Assembly: GCA_002189035.1 (NCBI GenBank)
Contig: NEEC01000009.1
Location: forward strand, 868,001 to 932,000
DNA from: Utricularia gibba
Taxonomy: Eukaryota; Plantae; Magnoliophyta
Reading direction: 5' to 3'
DNA: 64,000 nt
In this document: one piece after another, positions 24,997 to 38,770 of the stretch
Layout: each line of letters opens with the position of its first letter
Position numbering within the stretch: position 1 is the stretch's first letter
Translations under genes and position numbers: made by a program
The notes under the pieces: generated by a model
Database searches by the model: none
Seen by the model: the letters and a program-made list of their open reading frames with translations, nothing else
Told to the model about the DNA's origin: nothing

Positions 24997-25336
24997 TTTT
25001 TCCTGGGAGATTTGCTGTCAAAAGTTTCCGATTTTATACATGTTTGGAACACGACGGATGGAAAAATAAATAAGAGCTGCAGAATCTTCGAATGTGCCAT
25101 TGAATCCCTCCCTCAACGGACTTGTGAAAATTCGGAGTTGCCCATCTGGAACTCACCAGCTAAACCATGACCCGAAAATGGGTTGTGCCACTGTGCTGCA
25201 GTTGCAGTTTCTTGGTTGCGCTACGGAGAAGAAACGCTATTGATTTCGAAAAGTGAACATTTTTAACTTCAGCAGACTCATCTCTCCTCAACCAGTCTCA
25301 AGCTGTTTCTTCCCAGATTCATAAGCGGAAGCCGGC

Positions 25337-28300
25337 ATGGCTTCACGCTTCGGTTCCAGAGGAAGCTCATATTGTTATATTTCACGAAGGAAATTTTCAA
25401 AAACGAGAGCTACTCCTAGTTTTGTTATTTGTAGAGATTTGCGGCAAAAACCCAGAAATACTGAGGATTTGGCAGGCCCGAGTGGTTCACGATCAGAAGG
25501 TAAGCATCTATCTTTTCTTCAGGATAGCCTATGTTCTTTGACCCTCGACAGGAAAGATTATTTTTTTTATCTGCTGGTGGGCAGATGAAATGGTTAACAG
25601 TGTCTTTGCAATTCTCACTATTGACCGGTGGGATTCGTTGAACGGGATGAAGTATAAAACTGCATCACTGAGGCCTGTGCACGGGGGTTGGCTATGAAGT
25701 TCTTAAAGTGGGTTTTGAAGCACCCAGGTTTGGATCCTACTCATATAATATACTTGTACTGCATTACAACTCACATTCTTGTGAGAGCAAGAATGAATGA
25801 TTGTGCGAGTTTAAATTTGAAGCGATTATGTGAAATTGGTAGCGGATCAAGCTCCATTTTACAAGTACTTATGGATACATATCGTCTCTGTAATTCAAAC
25901 CCTGCTGTTTTTGACCTGTTGATACGGGTTTATTTAAGAAAGGGAGCAACTAAAGAAGCTTCTGAGGCTTTCCGTTTTATGTGTAGTAGGGGATTTTTGC
26001 CGTCGGTTGGTACCTGCAATATGATCCTAGGGACACTAGCAAAGAAAGGAGAGTTTGAGTTACTATGGTTGGTTTTTGGAGAAATGCTGGACAATGGCGT
26101 AAGTGTAAATGTTGGAACATTTAACATACTATTGAATGTACTTTGCCGAGGAGGTGAATTGAGCAAGGCAAGATATTTGCTTAGGAAAATGGAGGAGAGT
26201 GGCTATGCTCCTACCTTGGTTAGTTACAATACTGTACTCAATTGGTACTGCAAGAAGGGGATGTATAGAGCGGCTTTTCAGCTGGTGGATCACATGTGTT
26301 GCAAGGGTGTCAAGGCAGATGTATGTACGTATAATGTTCTTATAGATGATTTGTGCAAGAGTAACAGAAGTTCTAAAGGATATTTACTCTTGAAAAAAAT
26401 GAGAAGTAGGTTGGTGATTCCTAATGAAGTCACCTATAATACTCTCATCTGGGGATTTGCTAAAGAGGGCAAAATTGCAGCTGCAAAAAAACTTTTTGAT
26501 GAGATGAGCAGGGTTAATGTTTCACAAAACGCTGTCACTTATAATGGTCTAATTGATGGCCACTGCCAGGCAGGAAATTTTGTTGACGCTTTTACGGTTC
26601 TTAGAGAGATGGAAACCATGGGAATATTACCCAATGAAGTTACTTATGGAGTCATTTTGAATGGACTATGTAAACACTGCAATCTAGAATCTGCTAAAAT
26701 TCTACTTGATAGGATGAAGCTCGATGGATGCAACATTAATCATGTAATGTATACTATGCTCATTGATGGACACTGTAGAAGTGGTGCACTAACAGATACT
26801 TTACATTTGCTAGATCAAATGAGGAATGATAATGTATATCCTGATCTTATTACATTTTCTGTTCTTGTCAATGGTTTTTGTAGACTTGGGAAGCTTGATT
26901 CTGTGAAAGAAATAATTTGTAAGATGTTCAGACATGAACTCAGACTGAACAAGATTGTGTATTCAACTTTAGTTTACAATTTATGTAGACTTGGAGATAT
27001 TGATAAAGCAATAAATATGTACATTTTCATGCTTAGAGATGGTCATTTTCCCGATCATTTCATCTTTAACGTTCTTATATCTAGTCTCTGCAAAAGGGGA
27101 GATGTTGAAGAGGCAATGGCTTTGTTGAATGATATGATTAGAATTGGCCTTACTCCAAATTCTGTTACATTTGATGCTGTTATCAGTGGCTATGGAAATG
27201 CTGGACATGTATCAAAGGCATGTGAGCTATTGGATGAAATGGTTGCATTTGGTTTTCAACCTACCTTCTACACATATGGAAGTCTGCTTAAAGGGTTGTG
27301 CAATGGAGGAAATCTTGGGGCAGCAGTAGAAATTTTTAATAAACTTCGAAAAGTTCATGGTGCTTTGGATGTCTTTTTCTACAACATAATGATATCTGAG
27401 ATGTGTAAGCAAGGCCATTTTACGTCAGCTCTGTCACTTGCATCTGAGATGGTGCATAGTAATGTTATTCCGGACAGTCATACTTATGGAGGCCTTATCT
27501 CTGGTTTATGTCGAACTGGGAGGGTTGTAGCAGCTATTCTCTTGCTGGAGAGGGGCCTGCAAAGAGGAACTTTTACCCCAAACCAGTTCATGTATTCCAG
27601 TATCATTAGTGGGCTTACAAGGATCGGGCGGCCGCAAGATGCGATTTTTTTCTTTGGTGATATCATGAAACATTGTCCAGATCCTGATATAGTGACACTG
27701 AATGCAGTCATAGATGCATGTTCTAGAGCAGGTAAACTGGAGAAGTTATATCAGATTATTGAATTCATTGACGCCAAGGGCTTGTCTCCCAATTTGGCTA
27801 CATACAACATTCTGTTACATGGACAATCAGCAAGAAGAAATATTTCAGGGTGCTTTGCTTCATACAGAGCTCTCCTGAGCAAAGGCTTTGTTCCTGATAA
27901 ATATACATGTCATTCTCTGATCCTTGGCGTCTGTAACTCTGATATGCGGGATATTGCCATTAAGTTTCTGAAAATGATGATAATCAAAGGGGCTCTTCCA
28001 GACGAGTTAACATTTGATATGCTGATCAGTTGTTATTGTCACAGAGGTGATATCCTGAAAGCCTGGGATGCGTTCAATATCATGGAGTCCGTAGGCTTCT
28101 TACCAACAGAAGAAACCTTCTGCTCTCTTTTCTATGGACTTAAGAGGATATCTCGTTTTCGAGAGTGCCATGGACTACTTCATGTAATGATGAAACATGG
28201 TGTCGTTCCTACAACCAGACAGTGCAGCGATTTAGTAACAAGCATGTGCAAAAATGGTGATGTAAGAGGTGCAATGCAGGTAAGGGATGAGATCGTGGAA

Positions 28301-28861
28301 CTTGGAATTACCTCCGGTGATGTGGTCGATAGCGCACTGGTTAGAGGGTTTGTGAAGCAGGGGAAAACAGACAAGGCCTCGCTGTTACTGGAGTTCATGC
28401 TTCGGACCAGAATAACTCCGACGCGTCCAACTTTTACAACACTGATTCATGGGTTTTGCAAAGAATCTAACCTGTCTGCTGCGTTGGACTGTAAGCATTT
28501 GATGGAACGGAATGGAACAAACCCTGATGTGATCACTTATAATGTTATCATAACTGGGCTGTGCAGAGTTGGTGATCTTGATACTGCCTTCTCACTTTAT
28601 GAGGAAATGAAGGAGAGGCTTGTTTCCCCGAATGCTACCACCTTTGCCGTTCTGATCAATGCGATTCTGTCGACGCCTGACAACCAGAAGGGTTCTAACA
28701 TTGTGGCTGACTTGGAGAAGAGAGGATTTGTGAGTGAAAACTCCAAGGGTCAAGATTGGCATGGGAAGTTGGCTGAAGCTGTAGCAAATATAGACCTCAT
28801 AAGGCATAAAACTAAGAAACATGGCTACAGAAAGCCCAGGGAAATACCTGGTGCGCGCTAG
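25337..28861 (+). CDS. P-class PPR protein (At5g55840-like); short first exon, apparent 1-bp frameshift at 25683-25687
   Basis: Exon 1 25337-~25499, then DEMVNSVFAILTIDRWDSLN..LRPVHG|LAMKFLKWV. Many tandem 35-aa PPR motifs (e.g. VTYNTLIWGFAKEG, ITYNVIITGLCRVG). Confidence 0.9.
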
Positions 28862-30794
28862 AACTGGCTTCTGTGGCTTCATCAGAGGTCAAAGATGTGC
28901 GCGTCCAACTCTTATCAGGATCATGGTAAAACTCTTCGATGCTGTTGACACCGGGAGTAGCCAGAGGCCTCATATGCAGGCTTAAAACCTGTGTAGGTTA
29001 TCAGGATCTGGAGTTCAGTTATTATGGAGGGGTTGCTCATGTGCTCTGGTCTTGAATGCACATGATGCTTTCCATGCAAATTCCAAGGACAAGTTAGCTT
29101 CTAGGAAATTGCTCACCACTCATTCAAGGCCTCTGTGGCTCCATTCGCCACTTTACCTTGGGAAGCACTAAAAAGCTCATCATCGACCGTGCTCTTCCTA
29201 AGCATGATCCATATACACTCTTTCGGCCTCGTCAGTGTTCCCATCGGCAGAGGCGAAGGTCTCCATCCAAATATCAGCATCTCCTAAGTATAGAATAGGC
29301 TCAACATCCACAGGAAGTATCGCATTCATACTGTCTTATCTCCCCAGTTCCAGCATCAATGTTGTGGCCAGGACTCAGGAATACAGACGGAGAAATGTAC
29401 GGCTTTACACTCAAATGAGCCTGAAGTTGTTGCCTATACTTACCCAGGTTCGTTTCTTCGCTGTAAGCTTTGACGGTATTATGTTGAGGACTCCATAGAT
29501 GAAATTTTGCAATGAATCAAATCAATCTGAACTTCAATATAACTTGCAATCAGTACATCACAAGAAAGATACCAGCCTTGGTCTCCTCATTCAACATCCC
29601 CAGAACCAAATTCACTTTGAAACTCATGCAGATTCCACCACGTAACTTACAGGAGTAAAAATTCTTGGGGAACAACAAAATTGCTTTCAAAACACGCTCA
29701 TCACTTCAAACGCTGAATCAAATCAACACGAAGAACTTCCCACAAGAAACAAATGCGTATTCGAAACGAGAGAGATCAAGAGCACCTAAGAAGAGGGAGC
29801 TCCATGTCTCAATCGAAAGGAAGCCATGGCAGTGAAATACGCGGGAAAACATTCAACCAAAAGACTAGCCCCAAGTCATGTTTCTCCGAGCGGCAGACGC
29901 GTGGGAGTATTTTTTTTATTAGATTTATTCAAAAACATTTTTAATTAAAATAAAAATTAAAATTTATAATTATTATAAATAATAAATATTTTTTAAACCA
30001 GGTTATTTTAAAAATAAAAATCAGTCGTATTTAATAACAACATTATTTATTAAACATTTTTCCGTAACCATAAAAATTGTTACAAAAAGAATTTTAATTT
30101 TATTAAAAATTAGTTTTGGAATTAATTCTTATCCACCTAATTAGTTTTATAAGGAAAATATGAAATAAGCTAATTATATATCTTTACTCTGCTCAAGAAA
30201 ACCAACAAAATGAGGCTTAAATCACTCTCATTTATATGCAAAACAATCCTACTCAAATTTTTAACACAACTAAATTAAAATATTTAAACTACCTATGACA
30301 GTTTAATAGAATCGGGATCATTTACAAATTTGATCATACTTTATTTCTATTTTAGGTAAGAATATTTTTTCACATTCATATCATTACCAAATTTTTAGAT
30401 ATCCCTAGGTGAGCTTCAAACATAACGCGTATGCTCCGAGTTCAGATGAATGCAAGCGTGTGCTTCTACATGGCACGCCTGAATAAAAGTAAACATGGAC
30501 TCCAGCACGGAGCAATGGTGAGGCAAGAAGAGGTGTCGAGCAGATGAAGTGAAATGAAGGGAATCAATCTTATGATCACAATGGGAACGATGTATTATCA
30601 TACAGAGAAGATACTTGACATATTTGTAGGCATTCAATAGGTGTAGAGGAGAAGGATACCATATCAGACATCGGACTGGGGAGTAGGTAACTGGGTAACC
30701 AACCTTGTGATCCACGGCGCCGCACACCCTGTGACAATGGAGAATTGAGAATTTGCTCTGTTTTCAAGGGATAAATGATGATCGCGAACCTGGA

Positions 30795-31390
30795 TCAGCT
30801 TGGGGATTGCCGCACGGCGCAGGCGACCACTTGCGCCCATTGCTTCAATCTCGTCTTCGCCGCCTGTGGATTTTCGCCTGAAGGCATCAAAACAAGTGTA
30901 CCAAAACATTTCGATCAGGAGGAGAAATGGATGAACCATACACGGATTTGTAATTTGGAAGGATTGTTCTAGAACAGACTGTAGGGTTTTGGATTGGGAT
31001 GAAAGGATAATTACCGGAAGCGAAAATTGTGAGGGGTGACGGAGTCTCGCAGTCGGATAAGGTAGGCGAGATCGGCAGCGGAGGCTTGGACGCGGTGTCG
31101 CTGTGGTGTTTATTCACAGCGTAGTACAGGCCATACGCTGGCACAGTGTCGGAGAGACGCGGATCCATTTCCGGCGAGTCGAATCCGAATCCGAGCTCGA
31201 TGCAGGCCTTCAACTCCTCTATGTCGTCCTCTGTGACGCTTTTAGTACGCCGGTTACGACGGTCACGCCGCCGCTGCCAAGCCTCGTCACGGTATAGATC
31301 CGGAGACCATGATTTGTGCTTGTAGAGCGAGGGAACCGCCGGCAGGTGTGCATCCAACTTCTTCAGCGGATTCGGCGGTGGAAGTGACAT
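30795..31390 (-). CDS. DUF1685-family protein, 2 exons
   Basis: LYKHKSWSPDLYRDEAW.RR, KSVTEDDIEELKACIELGFGF, L.DT.PA..LYYAVNK; exon 2 KTRLKQWAQVVACAVRQ. Confidence 0.9.
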
Positions 31391-32093
31391 CAACCGGCGG
31401 CCGACCCCTGCGGCAGGGGGTAGACGGCTCGTGAAAATAATTGAGATGCCTCTCACACAGATCCCGTCCTTAGGCGGATCATTCCCCTTTGTCTGCGGTC
31501 TTCATTTTACTTGATTTGTATTCGTGGGCCCGACACGGGGCAACGGGACGCGGTGTCCCCGATTCTTCGCCGCAGCTTCTCCATCGCTGACTCCACCGAG
31601 TCTTCAAATAGTTACCGTTCCGATCAGTTTCGAATTATCGGTTCGAAATCCAACGATTTTTTTGAACCGTTGATTCATAAATTGTGGTTCAGTGTCGATT
31701 TCGAATCCTAGACCTGATTTTTAAGTATAATTTTGATTTAAAATCATAATTAAAAATATTGAATCCAATTGGAATCAAAACCATACGAACACTTATATTC
31801 TCGAATCAAATCGGAATTGCAATCGTGGTTTCGGTTCAAACTGATTACAAATCTAAAAATATTATATTCTTATTTATCGAGAAAAAAATATATTAGGGAT
31901 CGAATAATTACAATTCTACGCTTGAATTTTTTTAAAAATATTTTACGGGGAATTCAAATTGAATTCAGTGGTGCTCATCTCCATTGCTTATTAAAATTTT
32001 GTTTTAAAAAGGAATTGCGTGAAGGGGGCTCTAGGGTTTTCGTTTGGGGAATTGGGAATCAGTCAATCGCAGGTTTTGCGAAATCGGAGAAAA

Positions 32094-35000
32094 ATGTGGC
32101 ACGAGGCTCGTCGGTCGGAGAGGAAGGTGCACGATATGATGGACGCAGCACGGAAACGGGCGCAGCGCCGGGCCATTTACCTGGCGAAGCGACGTGGCGA
32201 TCCTCAGCAATCAATTCAGGCGGTTGGATCTCGCTGCCGTATCCAGCGAGATGATGCCCTGTACCAAGCGACTCAGGATCAGGAGACCTTGTAAATTTGA
32301 GCTTGCACTAATCTTGATTTTTGTTATGGAGACTACTATAGCAACCTCAGCCAATCTGATCGTTTCATACTTCGTTTGAATCCTTTCAGGATACCTTGGA
32401 ACGGGAAAGAAGATGTTTTGATTGACAGGTATTTCAGTTCCAAGGTTTTCTTGCCATGTATATGGAAGACAAGGATGGTCATTTATTGATATAATCTTAA
32501 CCGCAGATTTGATGGCCGAGCCCTTCTTGATTTCATTCGTGACACTAGCTCTCGTCGTGTCCGAGCTCCTAAAAAGACCGAGGAAGAGGAAGAGTTAGAG
32601 GAGTTTGTTAATTTTGAGCGTTACCGGGATTTAATTAAGCATCGCCGTAGAGGATGTCGGTACTTCTTTGTTTTTTGCATGCCATTATTTTCCTTCATTA
32701 TATTGTGGAAGCTTCAATTGTGCTCACAGTTATTCGAAAATGTCTTTATGTTTTTAATATTGCTGAACTGGTTTGCAGTTACTGATGAGGATGGTCTACA
32801 TCATGTTAACCAAGAAATAGAAGCTAAGATCACTGCTGCCATTGGATCAGACAGGTTCATGAATATTAAATTTTCAAAACATTCAATCCATTCTTTTGTG
32901 TTGGATTCAGGAGTAAGTTCAAACTGGGCTTATTTACTCCTTTGCACCTCTCGAATGCCCTGCTTCTATTGTTCTTTTTTCCAGTCATTGAGTGCGCAAC
33001 CCATTTTTTTGAATTTTGCACATGTGATGTTAGGTCACATGCTACTACTCCTGCAGTCAAGGGAACCTATTCACAAGTAGGTTTTTCATATGATGGTGGA
33101 CAAGATACTTTGCAGTATTCAGATGGCGATGAGGATGAGGAGGATGCCGATGAGGAAGAATTTAATAGTGATGACAGTAATGATGAAGCAATGGAGTCAA
33201 TCGCCAAAGAGTTTGGAGTAAAGAGGTATGGATGGCTCGTATATATGGACAAGAAGGCTAAGGAGGAGGCAAGAAGGCAGAAAGAAATCATCAAGGGAGA
33301 TCCTTCAATTGTAAGCTTGAATAGTGCTTTAAAGGTGCTTCTGTAGAACCATGTTAGAGCGCTGAACATCCTCCAATGTGATAACATTTTCAGAGGAAAC
33401 TTAGTCGAAAGGAGAGAAGAAAAGCATCTCAAATTGAAAGAGAGCGAGAAAGAGAGGCTGGCAGGTTTACTGGAAGTCGAGTACATCATGATCCATATCG
33501 GTAACTATTTGATTTCTTCTTTTACTTTCGAAATTTTACATTGCACATAATTTTTAGCGCGTCTCTCATCAGGGATTCTCGGAGAAGTCCTACTTATGAA
33601 GCTTATGCACGTCACAAAAGGTAGTTTCTTTCATTACCATGCCACAATTTAAACTGGTCTATCTAACAGGTATCATAGGTTCAGGTCAAGGTCCAGGTCT
33701 CCATCTTGCTCTCCCTCTCGATCAATGAGATATTCGTATGGACGTGATAATGATGACAAGACTCGAAGCAAAGACAGTATTCCCAAAATAGAGTACATTA
33801 CTGAGTTTGGAGGCCCAATCAATGGGGAAGGGCCCACTCTTGAAGGATATTCTCCGCCACCCTCTCCCCCATCGCAGGCTGATGTGGTGAATCGGTCGGA
33901 GCACTTGACCTTTAATACTTGCACGATTGATTGGACAGTTTTTACTCTGATGCAGCATCACCATTTTGTTACCTGGCCAAGCCTTTGTGGTTAATACTAA
34001 ATTAAGTCCTAAGTTTCAAGCTCCTTGTTATATTACAAGGGAGGTGAAGAAGGGAGGGAGCTTCTTAGGCGATTTATTCTTGATTCGCCATTTACAAGTT
34101 CATCCGAGCCTGCTGTGAGCATAGCAAGCATGCTTCTAATACTTCTTGTTTCGTGCAGGCCACCCTCAGGCCAGATACTTGAGGCTCTCTATGTGGATCC
34201 TGCATCTGGTGTACCCCTTGATAAGGATAGAGAGAAGCTATTGAAGACATCAACAAGGTTTTTTTTTTTCTTTTCTGCATCAGTCGATGATCTTCTCCCT
34301 GTTTGCATTCATGACTTCTGCTTTTCCAACAGTACCTCGTCTGCACGGGCAAAGCTGAGTAAGACAGCTGTCAGCAAGAATCTCCCCAAGCAACCTGGGA
34401 GAAGAAGGAAACGCCCCAGGAACGTCTTAAGCGGATCATGGAAAAACAACTAAACAAACAAAGTATAATTGCTGATTTTGGCAACGAAGCACTGATTCTA
34501 CTCTGATGTGGCCGCATTTTGCAGAATGCTTACCTGATTTCTTCCTGCTGTTCTTTTACTACCAGCTTTTGTATTTGATGTTTCCTACAATGACGTGCAG
34601 TTAAAAAGGACACGGCAATAGAAATGGCGAAGAAACGAGAACAGGAGCGTCAGAGACAGGAGAAGCTGGCCGAAACCAGTCGCATGAGTCGACACCAGCA
34701 CCGAAGCAGAAGCAGAAGCAGAAGCAGAAGCCGAAGCCGAAGCAGAAGTAGAAGCCGCAGCCCCAGTAGCAGTCGGTCTCCCAGGTACTATTGGTTTAAC
34801 AGTGAGAGGATCACTCCACGCCCACCCTCCTAGATGTTGCTCATTGTCCGTCCGTCCGACCTGTCAGCAGATACAGGCGCAGCCGGAGCCCAGGCAGGAG
34901 AAGCTCCCGAGCATACGCATCACGATCTCCGTCAAGATCCCATTCTCGCTCTCGTTCTTCTCGGAGGTCCCGCCCCTCGCGTCGCTCCTACTCCAGTTCT

Positions 35001-35102
35001 CGGTCCCCCAGGTAGCACACCACACTCGCCATTGGTTTGCTGCTGGAGATACTATGGTTTGGTTTGTACCTACCCTGATCGACCACATTCTCCAGGCACT
35101 GA
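32094..35102 (+). CDS. CLK4-associating serine/arginine-rich protein (CLASRP / SWAP-domain splicing factor), multi-exon
   Basis: MWHEARRSERKVHDMMDAARKRAQRRA.YLAKRRGDP.QS, IPWNGK.D.LIDRFDGRALLDFIR, EFVNFERYRDLIKHRRRG, EFGVKRYGWLVYMDKK, KIEYITEFGG, RS-rich tail. The last micro-exon (35096-35102, RH*) is inferred; the alternative stop is at 35015. Confidence 0.88.
34702..34758 (+). repeat. (CGA/AGA-AGC)n hexanucleotide repeat encoding the RS domain
   Basis: cgaagcagaagcagaagcagaagcagaagccgaagccgaagcagaagtagaagccgc. Confidence 0.85.
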
Positions 35103-36904
35103 AAGCTGGCGCCCTGATCACAGTCTACCGATGCACTCAGTAGCTACCTACCTCCCTACTGCTCCAGAAGACCAATGTTTTGTGGACGATAGAACCTCGC
35201 GTTTTTTTATTATCTATTTTATGGTCAAAGAACCGACAAGAAAAGAACCAGTGCTTTAAATGGTAAAAACTGGGCTCAAAACATAACTCAATTTTATGGT
35301 CGAAATATGATTTTTAAATAGTTTTTAAAATGAATAAATTGATAGCCCGCGCCTAATTGGACCTCCCCCATATCTCGATTTATTATTGATTTTACACATC
35401 TATAACAACCATTATAAAAGTTTAGAAAAACTTTGAAAAAAAAGGTGTGTTTTATATATACCCACAATTGCTTATCTTGGTCTCACTTTGGGTGACTCAG
35501 ATAAATTTTCTATTTTTCAGTATCGTTTCTGACAATCACAACAATTATTCAATTCGATTTCGGTTTCAATTTGGTTTAATATTTTTTGCTTTGGTTTTGA
35601 ACTGAAACTATGTGGGTTTACTCTGGTTTCGCTTCAATTCAAAATTTACCATTCCAATTTCAATTGAAATGGAAATTGAATTTGACATTCAACCATAATT
35701 CATTAACTGCATGGGATACACTACTTTCTACATGGGATATTTTATTAAAATATAATTTAAATTAAAATTTTGGTTTTATGTCAAACTGGAAATGGGGTGG
35801 GAAATGGAACGCACGTGGTGGTTAATTCTGAGTTGGTCGGACAATCTCGGTTGTCCCGTGCGGTGGCTTTTGCTTTTTGTGACTTATTACCGAAGCATGC
35901 ACAGCCGCCGGCCGACAGCATCATCCACTTCGAGCTGTGTGGTGGGGCCCACTCCCCTCGCTCGCCGCCGTAACAAAAAAAAACCTTTTTTGATTTTCTA
36001 CAAGAATAAAAAAAGGGGGTAAAGTGGGCGGGCAGGGCAGTAAAATGATAATGATGAAGTCGCGATGGGGGACACGCATGGTGGGGGGACACGTCCCGTG
36101 GCGGTCGTTGGCTCGGTGGTTCCCCGACAAGCACACGGTGGTTGTCGTCTGGCGCCGTATCGCCGACAACGCATTTATGATTCGTGCCGCCCTCACGTGT
36201 CCATTGCTTAGCAGCACCCTACAAAAAGAAAAAAAAAGGAAACGCCAACGCGAAGACGGATGGCGTGTCGGAGTCGGAGTCGGAGTCGGATCAAGACCGA
36301 TCAATCAATCCCCCGCCCCGAATCCTCCAATCACCCCCTCATCATTAGCCGCCCCCTTGATACTTTCAGACCTCCATTTAATTCATTTCATTTCACCATG
36401 TCATTTTTAAAATTAACCATATTGTCTTTATTTCGTACGAAAATCAATTTTTATACATATAATATTCATTTTTATTACATATTAAAATAAGGATGATTAC
36501 TTTTCAAATTGATATCGAGCATGGGTGATGTGACAAGCAGACCACCCCATCCTGGATCATCCTTTTTCACCAAATTATTCAATAAATACAAAAAACCATG
36601 CATTATTTGCAGGCAGTGCGTGCAATATTCTGTATTATTCTCTTTTTTTAAAAAAAAAGTCACAAATAATTCGGTTTTTTAATATATTGAGTTAATTAAG
36701 TGGAGGTTAATATCACTGAGTTTGACGTCAGTGGATAGATACGATGAAGGAGACGCTCGTTCACAAAATTAACTGTTTAATAACTGCCACCATTTTAATT
36801 AATGTGGGCCCCAGTCCAAAATGGCCGGCTTATAAATAGAAGATACCTTCGGATTGCTTCTGTCTCATCTGTGAAGTTTCTTCTCCCTCCACTTTGGGCC
36901 GAAG

Positions 36905-38065
36905 ATGGTGGACGTGGACCGGAGGATGGCCGGAATGAATCCAGCGCACGTGGCAGGACTGCGGCGGTTATCGGCGAGGGCGTCGGCGTCCGTGCCGTCG
37001 ACTCCGAGGAACAGTCAGTTTTCGTTTGCTTCTCTCGCGGATGGAGTGATCACCCATCTGAAACAGTGTGGCATTACGGTGCAACAGGGGCTGACGGAGG
37101 CGGAGTTCGCGGTGGCGGAGGCCGTTTTCGGATTCGACTTCCCACCGGATCTGCGGGCGGTTTTATCCGCGGGTTTGCCCATCGGAGCGGGTTTCCCCGA
37201 CTGGCGTTCGCGGTTTCACCTACGTGCTCTGATCGACCTTCCGATGGCTTCGGTTTCGTTACAAATCGCTCGGAATTCGTTCTGGGCGAAGTCGTGGGGG
37301 CCAAAGCCGATGGATCCGGAGAGAGCTCTGAAGATTGCGCGGAATGCACTGAAAAGGGCTCCAATTTTGATACCTATTTTCGATCGATTTTACATCCCCT
37401 GCAACCCTTGTCTCGCCGGGAACCCCATCTTCTACGTTGATGAGGAGAAGGTGTACTGCTGTGGCTTCGATTTGTCCAGCTTTTTCGACGGAGAGTTTCG
37501 CAGCCACGGCAAGGACCAATCCCGAAGCTCCGGCGCCTCCCGGGGAAGCCTCGATTCGCACTCCGGCAGAAGCACGACGCGGTGGGTGGAGTTCTGGAGC
37601 GACGCAGCCGTGGATAGCCGCCGGAGAAACTCAAACTCTTCATCCTCAACCTCTACCTCAACCTCCTCCTCTTCCTCCCCTGACCGAGTCGACTACAGAT
37701 CCCACCGTCCCAAATGGGTCGACGACTACGTGGGCCGGATCGGGTCGTTTCTAAGAGAAGGCGGGTGGGCGGAATCCGACGTTTCGGAGATGGTCGACGT
37801 GGCAGCATCTGGACTGTTCAACGACGAGATGGTGATGTTCGACAATCGAACGGCTCTCGACGCTCTTCTCTTGAAAGCGGGTCGGTTATCCGACACGCTC
37901 CGGAAAGCAGGGTGGAGCTCCGAGGAAGTGTCGGACACGCTGGGATTCGATTTCCGCCCCCGGAAAACGAAAACGAAGCCGGCGAAGAAAGTGCCGCCGG
38001 AGCTCGCGGAGAAGCTCGAGAGACTGGCCCAGATCGTAAACGGGTCCGGCATCCCACGTTACTGA
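36905..38065 (+). CDS. Conserved plant protein of unknown function (SMI1/KNR4-like fold suggested), intronless, 386 aa
   Basis: [104 protein letters not shown]. Confidence 0.85.
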   Translation: MVDVDRRMAGMNPAHVAGLRRLSARASASVPSTPRNSQFSFASLADGVITHLKQCGITVQQGLTEAEFAVAEAVFGFDFPPDLRAVLSAGLPIGAGFPDWRSRFHLRALIDLPMASVSLQIARNSFWAKSWGPKPMDPERALKIARNALKRAPILIPIFDRFYIPCNPCLAGNPIFYVDEEKVYCCGFDLSSFFDGEFRSHGKDQSRSSGASRGSLDSHSGRSTTRWVEFWSDAAVDSRRRNSNSSSSTSTSTSSSSSPDRVDYRSHRPKWVDDYVGRIGSFLREGGWAESDVSEMVDVAASGLFNDEMVMFDNRTALDALLLKAGRLSDTLRKAGWSSEEVSDTLGFDFRPRKTKTKPAKKVPPELAEKLERLAQIVNGSGIPRY

Positions 38066-38770
38066 AACGCGGACCTGTTCAGCACACCGCATCCTGTAAA
38101 GGGCCCCGCTGTATACTCACAATGTTCCCTTGTCTTCTTCCTGAGGATAACATCACACGACGCGCTCTTCTTACCCTCCCTCCCCTGCAAGCTCTAAGAA
38201 ACAACGTTAAGCAATGTCGGATGGTTAAAAACCGTTTACCAGGTCCCCATTCCCGTGTCTTAATCAGACACGGATCCAATTCCAGGCTCGACTAGCTGGA
38301 GTCCATAATTGGTGAATCTTCTCGTCCCGTGACCCAAACTCTACTGCTCCTACCGCCAAGGCGGCTGGGTGTTTCCAGCTTCTTACCATGGTTCACTTCA
38401 AGAGTGCCACCATGGGCAGATCGCCCTGTACATCACATACAAGAAATGCAAGTTACTTAAAAAATATGCTTATCATCGGGTCACATGGGATTATTGACAA
38501 GACCTGCCAACTCCATCTAGACCCCAGTTTCCTCTGGAATTATTCCTTCCCTGGAGTCCTCCTTGTCATCATCTCTCGAGCTATGGCCTCCAGGAGTGTA
38601 ACTCGCAGGGCTTCACCGTAGAATAATCTATAAATGCATTTTGTTGAGGTTGAAGATTAGGTAGGAAACCTGAAAAGTATGGATGAGTGAGGAGAACAGA
38701 GCCTGGCATGCAGCTACCGCAGATATTCCTGGTGCATCAGTCTCGCCAGTGAATCCATTTTCCTCAGACG

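Noticed and set aside
28900-29900. Possible minus-strand spliced transcript (strong donor near 29443) antisense to the PPR 3' end
   Set aside because: Only very short ORFs with no recognisable homology; cannot be supported without RNA data.
31620-31850. TTTGAACCG/CGGTTCAAA inverted motifs suggesting a MITE remnant
   Set aside because: The arms are short and degenerate, and no TSD or terminal repeat could be defined.
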